Below are positions 36,380 to 48,612 of a DNA stretch of 64,000 bases, piece by piece. Under the pieces are notes generated by a model. It did no database searches. It was given only the letters and a program-made list of their open reading frames with translations, and was not told the DNA's origin. How positions within the stretch are numbered: the first letter of the stretch is position 1; the number at the start of each line of letters is the position of its first letter. Position numbers and translations under genes: made by a program. This DNA comes from Ptychomitrium polyphyllum (lineage: Eukaryota), in the NCBI GenBank assembly GCA_973851085.1, contig OZ316776.1:1674001-1738000 (forward strand), given 5' to 3'.

Positions 36380-39300
36380 TTATGAGTGTTCAGTTGTGGT
36401 GGTGGGAATCTTGAGGGAGGGCTCGACGCTTGATATCCTCAAGGAGGTCCTAGCACTGGAAGGCGTGAAAGTATTTGATGGTGTACTCTCGAAATCTGCA
36501 AGTGGCTCAAGAAGCTGGACAATTTTGTCCATAGTTGGACGCTCATCAGGAGTCAGTGAGATGCATCTGCAGGAAATATCCACAGCTTTTGCGAGCTCCT
36601 GGAGTGGTGCCGTCTCTCTGAGATACTTGTCCACTGCCTCCAATTCCAGGCCTTTCTCCCGCAAACTGCGTACCTGGGAGCAAGAGGAGCAGGTCAATCT
36701 GAAAGTCTGATAGCTCTTGGCTACATTATATCATCAATTGCAACAAACCACACAGCTCATACAATTTTCTTGCAATTGGATCATAGCGTAACTTACCCAG
36801 CCTGCCAAGTTGATATGTTCCTCAGAGAACAAAGAGTCCGTGGGCTTTTGACCACTCAGAAGCTCCAGTAGAATGACGCCATAACTGTACACATCGGACT
36901 TCTCTGTAGCTTGGCCGGCGTGCGCATATTCTGCACTTCCCGAGATTCCAGCATAAAAGTCAAGCAAGTCACCAACTATGATCATTTATGTTGTGCGTGA
37001 CAGAAAGAACTCGATAGCATAGACAGAGCTCTCATTCTCAGGGCTAAACTTATCATGTTCGATGAATGCAACATTGTTACAACTATCATGCGCTACAAGC
37101 AAAAGCTATGCACTGGACTCCAATCATGGTCAACGTACCCGGTGCAATGTACCCGTATGTCCCGCCAATGGTCACTGCGACATGCGTGTCTTCGTTTTCC
37201 ATCAACCTGGCGAGGCCAAAATCAGAGAGACGGGGTTCAAGGTTTTCAGCCAACAGTATATTCGTTGAGCTGACATCGCGATGTACCACGCGGGGTTGGC
37301 AGCCATGGTGCAGATAGGCCAGCGCCCGAGCAGTACCGAGAGCTATTTGGATTCTTGTTGCCCATTCTACTGGGTTTTTCTGCTCTTCCTCAATGCGTGC
37401 TGCCAAGACAAATATATTTTGACCAGAATTTAGCTCATGAAGCTTGCAACATGTCTGTCGATTTAATATACTGCACTTGCCGGTTGGTGCCATTATATCT
37501 GCAAGAAAGAACATTTGGAAGTGACTTACGGTGCAAGAGTTGATTCATAGTTCCGTTGGGGACGAAGTCGTAAAGCAGGAGCTTTGCAGTGGGTGCAACG
37601 CAATATCCTCGGAGCTTCACCAAGTTGCGATGCTTGAGCCCCCCAAGTGTCTCCAGCTCATTCCCGAAGCCAAGGGTCCCTTCTAAGCAATCCTTCAATT
37701 TCTTCACAGCATAAATCCTATTATCTTCAAGTGCCATCTTATAAACTACCCCGTACCCACCTTCTCCTATGATGTCTTTCTTCTGAAGTTTGCGGACAGC
37801 TTTCAGTACCGATTTCGAAGTTGGACCTGGTTGATCATCCCCTCCTTTAAACATCACTAGCTTTCCCTCTGGTTCAAACATCAAACTTCATCAGGATCAG
37901 TGAAACAAAAATCACCCGAGGTCTTTCATGTTAGCACTCAGAAGATAATTTGTGAAATGCAGATTGCATTGGTATTAGCAAAGTGCTGCTCATTGAGTAG
38001 ACATAATCTGACCTCTTCCAAGATGTATCTCGCGCTTCTTGTCCTGTTCCAGGCAGCGGCGGAGGAGTAAGAATCCGATTACTATCTTCAAAAGGATGAA
38101 AAACGCAACTGACACTAACAAGATCTTCCAGACACTCCACTGATATCCTGCAAGCGAACACAGCCGGCCAGTGTACGCGAAGGTTTATTTATTCACACCA
38201 TCGCCTTTACGACAATAAACAAGTTCTTAACTCCAGATCATCTGCAACCAACCTAGACACATCAAGAGCACTAATAATTGTGAATATTTCCAAGTGTAAA
38301 GGCGAGTCAAAGAACAACTACTGACCTTTTTCCCCTGCTGGAACTGGCCCTTGGATTATGACTGAGCACGCAGGCAAGCCCAACAATGAACTCCCACAGA
38401 CAGCGTTACCTGCAAACCTTGTAAGTGATCAAAGAACAAAAGATAAGAATACCGGTTGTTTGCACTACAGTAGCATCTACTAAATTAAGATTCTTACGAT
38501 GTTCCACCAGTGGAGACACTTACGAGGATGGGGAAAAGTGGAGCATAGCACCACCTGGAACCTCTCCGGAGAGCAAGTTGTTCGACAGATTCCTGGGTCA
38601 ACAATCACGTACATCGACAACTCGTCAACTTCAGTATAAGTTCCACTCAACAGCAATCAGTAAACTTTGAATTTCAAAAGTCAAAGTTCAAACAATCCAG
38701 TTGTGGCTTTAAATCAGGTGTTACAGGGATTTCCCTTATTCACATATGAATAATCTTATTTGGACACTGAGTGTATGCTGCTTACAGAAATTTAAGCTTG
38801 GTCATGTTAGCAAAGCTTGCTGGGATGGATTGCTCCAGCTTGTTGTTCGATACATCTCTAACAAACATCACACAAGGATTTTCAATTACGCACTTAATTT
38901 TTGCCTACGCTCCAGGCTTCCTCTTCAAAAACTGGGTCAAAAACCAGATGTTCTGCAAACAGGGACAGATATTCACACGACACGCCGTAAAGCTCACAAT
39001 ATTCGGAGAGCCGACATAACTCCCAATGCATCAGGTAAAGGCCCCGCAAGATTGTTCCGGTGTAGGTACCTGCAATGTGCACAAGAAAATCATCGTCAAA
39101 GTGATGCTTTGCTTGTAAGAATCTCAACAGTCAATTGTGCATTCAGGTTCCAATCGTCTTTGAAACATGATTAAAGGGAGATGAAATAGAAAATGCTTAC
39201 AGAGCCCGCAAGTATTTCAGATTTCCTATAGACGACGGAATAGCTCCAGTAAAGTTGTTGTGGTGCAAACCCCTGTCAAAATGTCTTCACAAAATCAGCA

Positions 39301-40055
39301 GACAACATTCCTGAAGGACGCTGAACATTCTACAAAAACCGAAAGATCACAATGTCGTCCAGCTGAACCACTGCGTACATTCTGAACTAGATTATATGTG
39401 GAGCCTTACAAGCGACGCAGTTGGAGCAATTCTGTGAGCTGAGGACTGATGGTACCGCCTAATCGAGCTCTTGGTAAGTTGCTGCACAATTCAACAACCA
39501 AGTATGTGCACCATGTTTGAATTCAGCAAAATGCTTCCAATCTTGTGATCTTGTCAACTAATATAATTCAAGGTTCCAGAATGGCCAATTAATAAAACAA
39601 GGAAGAACTAGATAATTAGGTCTAGTAGGTACAGTCTGACGACGTGATTAGTGACATTATCGCAGACAACGCCTCTCCACTTGCAAGGTGCTGCATCGGA
39701 GAAATTCCAGCTGTAAAGAACTCTGCCAGGATCTAGGATTTTATTCCTGAAATCTGCAAGGGCCAATCCTGCAAAATTGTCGTCGAAGTGTTTAAACAAA
39801 TTCCGCCATAGCGACGCTACTTCTTGTCCGTTGGTTCTGACGTTTACCCAATGTTTCATGCGACCCAGTGAACTGATTACACGACCAGCAGAGAAGTTGG
39901 GCAAGTGTACCTTCGGAGTTAAGAGCAGTGCAAAAGGGAAGGAGACAGAGAAGCGAGAGCGGGAATAATATTTCTGAGAAGGCCGAAATAGATATGTGTG
40001 AAGATCTGAGCAGTCTTGTTGAGCGCATCCACCTCTCTGCTGGATTTGGAGCCAT
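36380..40055 (-). CDS. LRR receptor-like kinase, FEI-like (LRR-XIIIa-type), about 13 exons
   Basis: Signal peptide ending [30 protein letters not shown]; single-LRR exons ([48 protein letters not shown]); [23 protein letters not shown]. Kinase [58 protein letters not shown]. Confidence 0.9.
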
Positions 40056-41311
40056 GGCAATGACTGCCCCTCGCCCCTGGTGCTTCCCTTGCCCGGACAC
40101 TCATCCCTGGGATTCACGCTGAACACGTTACACGGCGCTACTCCTTCACTTGTAAGTTATCACTTGCCTTTCGCTGCCTTGCAAACAATAAGCACAAGAG
40201 TTTCGAGTTTCTCCGAGTACTTTTTGTGCTTCACTGAAGATGTTGCTCCTGTAAAGACTCATATTTCCTAAAAGAGCACATCAAACGTTCATGGATCCTC
40301 GTTAGCATCCCCAAATGGCTTGAGGAAGTGAACCCGGCCGAAGAGATGCACGATGATTGACCCACCATGAAAGAGACATCTTACCCACCCAACCCTGCTT
40401 TAGTACAAGTTGAATCTGACATTACGCTCAAAGGTACTATTGCTAAACACCGACGTCACAGCTTGATTCTAATCGTTAAAGAGCGTCGACTGCAAGGCAG
40501 CAGGTCCACCCAGAAGCAAGAGGGTTCACTGATAGCTTCTCTAGGCCAGCTCCAAAAACCTCCCATCATCCTCAGAAAACCTGTAATTCTTCTTCCATGT
40601 AGAATTTAGTGCATGCGAGCTGACTCAACATCGACACTGGCGGGCACTGCGAAACGGGTGTGAATATAAACATCCTCATGAATATGTGTATCAACGAGCT
40701 GCAATGAGAATGGGATCGCAAGAATCTGGACATGCGTCCGCCTAGTAGAAAGTCAGTGGGCCTGGTACTTGTGTAACTTAGAATAGGTCATGATCCGTAC
40801 ATTGTGTACACAATATGATTTTGTCTCCAAGTGCGGTGCAGACAGCGTTCTTTGGGTTCCTGCCCCGTGGGAGCCGGTGGCCACTCTGGACTGTGCCTGC
40901 TGGAGCCAACTCATATGCATAGCCGTCAATCAAGTAACTTGACTTTGTCATACGAAGTGCATGGGGAGCAGTGATTGGGGGGCTGCGTTCAATATTAACC
41001 TCAATTCTTCTTTTATAGGAAACAGACCTTGGTTAGTCGCTCACTGCCAACCTCCCAGCCACTACAATGGTTGTCAGAGCCACACGCTTTTCTGTGCACA
41101 CAACATTATCTTATGCGGAGCTATGAATCGTTCTCTAGCAACTGTGCCTTCATCGACAGGCCGATAGGCTCCACGTGAGGTGAGCAGTTAGCTTGAATTT
41201 AAGCACCAACGATTCTATAACATTCTTCAGCAACTCAAGCTCACCTTGGAAAGTGCGAAATCAAAGAACAAATGATGGTGGGTATGTGGAAGGTACCAAA
41301 TCGAAGACATG

Positions 41312-41360
41312 ATTCTAGTTTGGAACTCGGCACCCAAATTCTAGTTTGGAACTTGGCACC
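41312..41360. repeat. 26-bp tandem duplication
   Basis: attctagtttggaact(c/t)ggcacc occurs twice in tandem. Confidence 0.75.
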
Positions 41361-44300
41361 TGAAAGAAGATTTAAACAATGGAATAAACCTTTGAGTGAT
41401 GAAATGGTCTCCTAATCAAAAAAAGAAAAAAGCATTCTAGTCGTCGGAATCACTAGAGGATGTTAAGTTATTGATATGCTCTACAAAACTATATTCTCCA
41501 ATCAACCACCTGCGTATGAAATTCAAAGTTTATAGTTGTCTCAGTCAAGGACTACATATACCATTCCTTACTTGGATGCCATGACCGCCAATACAAGATT
41601 AGTACTCCCCTTCTTCTGCAAGTACTAAACTTTACTTAATATTGTCTCTAAAAGAGTATCTGCCCCAGATCCTCCACTGTAGAACTAGCGCGGGGTTATC
41701 TGGCTAAACAATGGTATGATCTGCAACCAAAGGTCCAGTGATCACCATAACATACTATTAGCCTGCTAATATTCCAGAGGAAGTAAGTTTACCTAGAGTG
41801 TATGTAATTGTTATCTAATGCATTCGGCAGCTTAACCTTCTACAACACAAGCATGCCTGGTGATGTTCATGCTGACGAAGTCTCTCGGCTTTGAATGCTG
41901 CTCCTGAATAGGAAGCTGCATAAAATACTTATGAGATGCTATAATTGTAATGGAGTGGAAGACTAATGGTGGCACGAGCGTTTTGCAGCTCCAGCAGCAA
42001 CAGTTTAGTGTTTAGTAACGTAGAGGGAGAATGTTCTATTCCCTAGCTACTCTCTAAGAGTTCGTGCATTAATCATGTCTGGTGTGTTCATCCACTCATG
42101 GCATGATCTGCTCATGCTTCTCATGCTTTCTAGAACATTCTAGATGGCATTCGGTCTCTGTGCGGGAGTTTGTGAAACTTGACTCATTGTTCATTTTGTT
42201 TTCTGTTCTTTTGATCTGTATTTTCTGAGTTCATTATATAGAATCGTTTCACTTTTATTTATCAGTTCTCTAGCTGGATAAACTGGATATAATAACCTAT
42301 TCAATGTGGAAGTTTCGAAATCTAAAATATGTTTGTGCACACGTATGTGGCAATGTGCATCACAAGGATCATTTTTGTACAGTGGAATGCAAGTGTGATT
42401 TGGTTTCACTTCTTCTTTTGCTCATAATTAGGACGTTTTTGCACCTTGACTGTCTGTCATGCGTTTTAGCATGACAATAATTTTTTCTTACTATTCTGCC
42501 AGAAATTTAGACAATGGTCTTGAAAACGTGAATTTATCCAGCATTGATGGGGAACTATTTGCTACTAAACTAAATTAATTTTTCTTATTTAGCAATACTT
42601 ATATTATGAAATTATTATTATGTATTTAATCAACAACAATAACATTCAAAAAGTTCTAATTACTTTTATGAATGTTAAATGCAATTAGGCCTTATGAAGG
42701 CCTGATAAAGATCTTGAATTTTGGTTTTCTTGGAATTGTCAAATTTGCATTTCTACATCTTGAAGTTGAAGCTACTAACATGAATTATCAATTATGAATT
42801 ATCAATTATGTGGTTTCTTTTGTTATATGTAGAATATTTGTTTTATGTCAAAGTGATTTTATTATTAAAAGTTGAATTGTCATTTCCATGCACTATTTCA
42901 CACATAGATTTTGACCTCTATATTAAATATTAAATATTTTGTTAATAATATATTCATATATAGTATATTAAAGATTTATTAAAGTCACAATGGTAAAAGA
43001 CAAAGATTATTACATTTAATTATAACTTCTATATAAATGCATTGTGTTCAAAAATTGGAGAATGTTTTAAAGATATACTAGCTGGATGTTGTTATGTTAT
43101 AATTATATAATGTTATTATACAATCCAGTTCTTTAATATCAATAAACATTTAATAAAGTTTTAATTTTTAATAATTAATGTTAAATTAATATTTCCATTA
43201 ATTAATAGTATTGTAATTATTCTAATTATAATAAATCAAGTGATATTTATATTAACAACTTCTAAATGATTGAAAATGATCCATGAGATATCTTTATCAA
43301 TTTTTTGAATATATTTTTATTCATGGATAAAAAACCAATTGTTGTTATAAAGATTTGATGGTTGTATGAAAGATAATATAAAACAAAATTCTATAATTTC
43401 AAAATAAATGATGCATATTAGAAATTATTTTAATGAATATATTTTTTCATTAAAACAATTCACAAATTTTGAGATGAAGATCTTACTTTGTTCATATCAT
43501 GATAAACATTTGTACACCTTAAAATTTTCCACTACTACCAAATTTGTAGATTTTGGATCAATATCTTTAAGTCATCACATTCCAAATGAGCATTACTCAA
43601 AAAAATAAATTAATGGCTACTAGTCCGACCTCATTCCAACAATACTCTTCTGAAACACAAATTAATATAATACAAAATGAGGCAAAACATGAATCCACAT
43701 CAATAATGATTGCAATTAAGAAAGGTACCAAAATCAAAGTCTAGAAATTAAAAACAGAATCACCATTTAAAAACAACAAATTGGAAACTTCAAAGTGGAT
43801 CTAAGCTACGGCACTTGTTTACAATAAATAGCCACATATAACAATAACTTATAAAAATGAAAATAAAAATGGTTCCAAAAACTACTCTTTATATGTAACA
43901 AAGTGCTACTATATGTATGTAATCCTAAGACTTTCTTTATTATTTTCAAACAAATTCTTTATCAAAAGATAAATTTAGATTGAATGAAATGGGAGAAATA
44001 TAAGGCCTAAAATAAGAAATATTAGAAAGAACTGAAAAACAAGAAAAAGAAAATTAAAACTTTTTTCATCCTCCTTCTTTTCCTCTTCCTTGGATATTGG
44101 GCTTATATAATGCTAGGAGCCAAAATCCGGGTGTTAGGTTTGTTGCCGAAGAGTAACTGGCGGGCGGTGGTGTCGATGGCAATTGACTAGTAGACAAAGG
44201 CAAGCGGGCATTGGGCCTGTGGACATTGATAAACAACCAAGGAGAGAATGGATATGCACAAATAGGCTGTAAGCTTGCCTTTTTATTTACACAAGTTTTT

Positions 44301-47300
44301 GTAAGGAACACAAGAAATAAGAAGCAAAAACAAAGTATTTATCAAGAATTAGTTTCCAAAGAGCTGATGACTAACAAGAATTGATACAAAGAATAAAGCA
44401 AAGCAAGATACAATAAAATCCACAGCTTGTATTGACAAAACTAAGGTATATCTTGTCTTGCCTCCTATTTAAATTATCATGCTTGTATCTCCTAGGATAC
44501 TTCTAACAACGCTTCCTACAAGGCTTAAAAATGTTCTAAAAATTTATGGAACCTTTCTAAGAAGTTTCTAAAGAGCTAAAACCTTCCTTAGAAGTTTCAT
44601 AAGATGGTGGAACCTTCCTAAGAAGCTTCCAAGGAGTTGGTACCTTCCTTGGAAATTTTTGAAGGTGGTAGAACCTTCTTAGGAAGTTTTTCAAAGAGGT
44701 ACTATCTTCCTAGGAAGTTTCTCATGGAGGTGGAAACGGCTATAGAAGCATTGAGAGTATTATAAGGAGCTATTATAATATACCAAAAGGTTCTGGAAGG
44801 TTCTAAAGATTATATTGCATGATCTATGTCATTGATATCACCTCATTTTTTAGCGACGAGTTCCATGAGGAGCTCTTCTTGTAGCTTGCTTGTCATATCT
44901 CCACAAATTCCAAAATTTGTCAAAAAAGAGAAATGATATGTTTTGTTTGTTGTTCTTTGCCCACTGGTTCAACTAGTCTTTGCAAAAAGCATCAATGATT
45001 CCAAGCCAAAACTTTCATCATTGAAATGACCCGGCCCAAACTTTGCTTTTAATTAAATCCTTCAAAATATCCTCCAAATAGAATCTCCAGTCCTCCATGA
45101 ACTCTTCCAACTTTTAATAAGATGATTAGAGCTCAAGTATCTGAATCAAGACTAGAATGTGATGGACAATTAGCCAATAATTTTGCACAAGGTTGCACTT
45201 AATATTGGAATATCTTTCTCATATCTTGACTTAGATCCTCCGGTATTGAAGGTTAAGAAAGGTGAATTGATTCAACAGGCACTGTTGTTGAAGAAGGCAT
45301 GGCCACCTGCTCTTTACGCATATTCATGATAACACAAAGATTTGACATACTAATTAGAATCTAAAGATGATCTATTTTGGAAACAATATTGCATACAATT
45401 GAAGATTTGGATATCTCTCCTCCTTTCTTATACTTGTTTATGGAAATATCTTTTCCATGAAGTTAACGGTTACTACTAATACGTCATCTGTGACCTTATT
45501 TTTGAGGATATTTTTCATGATATTTGCGTACCTTCTCAAATGCATTTGTTACGTTTATGAAAGGTTCTCATATTTTGACATTGATGCCATATTCTTGCCA
45601 ATGTATAAGATACTTCACATATTCATTTTTGATGCGTGATTTTAAAATCTCTTTAACTTTATACTCCATTTCATTATTGATTTCCATCAAAGAAGGTGGA
45701 AAAACAACCTTCTTTGGTGTACATGATTTGTTGTAGATTTCCAACAAAGATACATGGAACACTAGATGAATTTTCATGGTTGGTGGTAGTTTGAAGCAAT
45801 AACTGACAAAATTTATTTATTTGCTAATTTCAGACAGTTCCAACTTTTGATTGTCTTGCTTCTTTGATGATCTTTTTGTTTGTAAGTTTTGTCGTTGGAG
45901 CCATATGCTATCTCCAACCTTAAACCTTAGCTGGTCTTTTTGATGATGATTTACATAAGTACTGTACCAATTTTAAGCTTGTTGTAATTGGAAAGCAAGC
46001 TCTTGATGGATTTTAGCATGTTGAGTTGCAAAATTCTTTACAGGAAGACTTTCAATATGTTTCACTTGAAATGGATTTGCTTGAGCATAATGGCCATAGT
46101 TTATAAAGAATGGACTTTGAATTGTTAAAAAATGCATCATATTATTATAAGCAAACTCTGCCAAAGGTAAGAAGTCCATCTAATTGTACTGTTGGTAGTT
46201 TATGTTGCAACAAAGGTATTATTCCAAAATTTGATTGACATGTTTAATTTGAATGTTGGTTTGCGGATGGTGTGCTAAAAGAAAGCTTAATCTTCACGTG
46301 CAACAACTGAAAGAGAGCCTCTCAAAAGTTGAAAATGAATTATGGCCCTTGATCAGATACAATATCATTTGGTAGCCCATGTATGTGGTAAATGTGATTT
46401 AGGAATTGCTCAATAGTTTCTTCTCTCATTACAGTCTTATTGCATAGAATAAAAAGCGCCATTTTGGTAAATTGATATACAACTACTAGAATAGAATCTT
46501 TAAAATTGGAGATTAGAAGGGCCATGATAAAATCCACTGAAAATAATAACTATAGGCCTTTTGGCATTAGAAGTAAATGAAAGAGACCATGAAGTTGGTG
46601 TCTATGACAATGCTTATTTTTTTTTCATCTATATGGATTCTTCTTTTGGAGATAATATAGTCTAAACATTCAACCAAGGATTCATGGAAAAGGCACTTTT
46701 TCAATTTGGCATATAATCCCTATTGGCATAATTTTTCTAAAACTAGTTGCACATGACAAAATTGTCCAAATGTTCATAGAAGATATCATTTATCATGTAT
46801 TGGAAGATTGCAGGGACATTAGTAAAGCCAAAGGGCATGACATTATATTCAAAATGGTCATACCTAGATTAAAAGGCTGTCTTCCATTTGTCTGTCTCTT
46901 TGATGTGTACAAGATTGTAGGATCCCCTATGATCAATCTTAATGAATATATTTGCTTGGCCAAATTGCAGTAGGAGTTTTGAGATTAATAGTAATAATTA
47001 GCAATTCTTCTTAATCACTTTATTAAAGCCTTGATAGTCCACGCACATATATAATGATCCATTTTTTTTCTTTACAAACAGAGTGGATACTCCATCAGGT
47101 GATTTAAATGTTGAATGAAGCTCTTTTGAAAGTTTTCATTAATATATTATCTTAAAGCAGCCAACTTGGTTTGTGAAAGATTTTAAATAGGTTCAAAAAG
47201 TAGTTGGATTCTTTGCAATAAAATGATACAATTGTAAAGCCAATGCTTTGATAATTTGTCTACATTCTTTTAAAAAACAACTTTATAATCTTGGTATTGA

Positions 47301-48612
47301 TGAGGTATACTTTGATTAGTCTCAATTATAGATTTAGACATTAGCGTGGCATAAATGGCATAGATTGATTTATGCTTTGCAACTTTATGAATGCTTTTGC
47401 TCTTATGAATGATGGTCTAAGATTTCTTGTACCTTAATGTCTTTTTCTTGAAATCACATTTCATGAGCGCCAATTATTGTCTAGATTATATAATTCAAAT
47501 CAAAGAAGGCTTAAGACAATAGAATTTATTTGGCATTGAATAATATTGAAGTCAATTTTAAATACTTGGTCTTCTAAATCAACCTCTAAAGATTGAGTTT
47601 CTTCGATAATATTATTAGATGCAAGAAATTGTCCATTGATTACTTCAACAAATGTGAAATGTTCCTTGTTCACAAATACCATATAGTAATTGTTGCATGA
47701 AGCATGCCATTGTACTAGTGTCTAAAAGAGCTTCACTAGCTATTTCATCATCTAATAATTTGATTTTGATAGGAAATGTAAAACAAAAGATAGGGGTTGG
47801 AGGTAGTAAGAGACTTTAATTTGATGGTCATTTCTTTGTAATGTCTACTTGCATGGTTTCTACTGTAACTGAACAAAATCGTTTTTCAAATCTACCATTG
47901 TGCTTTGAGCTTTAAAAGCAAATCCCTTGATTTGGCAATTGCAAATTTCATATCCAAACTTCCTACAATACAAACATAGATTTCTTCTTCAACGCTTTTC
48001 TTTTTCTTTTAGAATCAAACGTCTAAATTTGGCAGCATCAATTTGCATAGATTTTGGTCCTTATCGCAACCCTTGCAATGCATCTTAACAACCGTCACAT
48101 ATGCCAACTCCATATACCCCCACATGCACATAATTAACTTCCATTTTCACTCTCCAAGTCTTAGACTTGGTTTCTAAATCTTCTTACTCATTTATCTTAA
48201 GACACCCAATTGATTAGTAGCCAATGGTTAGGTGCAGACTTTTATTTATATCCAAGGCTTCACTTGGTGTTATTTCCATTTTATACAAGCTAACCACATA
48301 TAATGGTGTCTTCTAACCACCACACATGATTCCCATGTAATTCCAAGATCACTTCGGACTAACATGGTGCCGGCGTGAAGACACCACCTCAATATAGTCA
48401 CAACTAACGTACACTTTAGAACTCACTAATTCTTTTCGTGAAACCGGCCATCCACCAACTTACAATGGTGTGAAAGTCCCAATTGTAAAATTCCAATACT
48501 AGTTCCACCTACCAACTCACCTTTTATTCCTACTAGAACACTATGGGAGTGGGAAGGGGACCAATCCTTTGCTATAGTATTCTCTGTGGGATTCGGCAGG
48601 CTCCCTGTCCTC

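Larger units (their letters stand above)
30421..36408 (+). pseudogene. TKL-type protein kinase pseudogene, copy A (inverted duplicate of 56217-57881), split by a Copia element and 3'-truncated
   Basis: 30421-31473 and 35866-36408 are the reverse complement of 56910-57881 and 56217-56756. Kinase motifs EGGQAEVF, ALKMFK, HRDLNAANVL, SDYECSV. In-frame stop at 36072-36074. Confidence 0.88.

Noticed and set aside
36102..36710. 202-aa plus-strand kinase ORF
   Set aside because: Chimeric: kinase pseudogene sequence to 36408, then the antisense of the last FEI exon.
42028..42141. 11-bp inverted repeat (agaatgttcta/tagaacattct) as a miRNA hairpin
   Set aside because: Pairing does not extend; compatible with chance.
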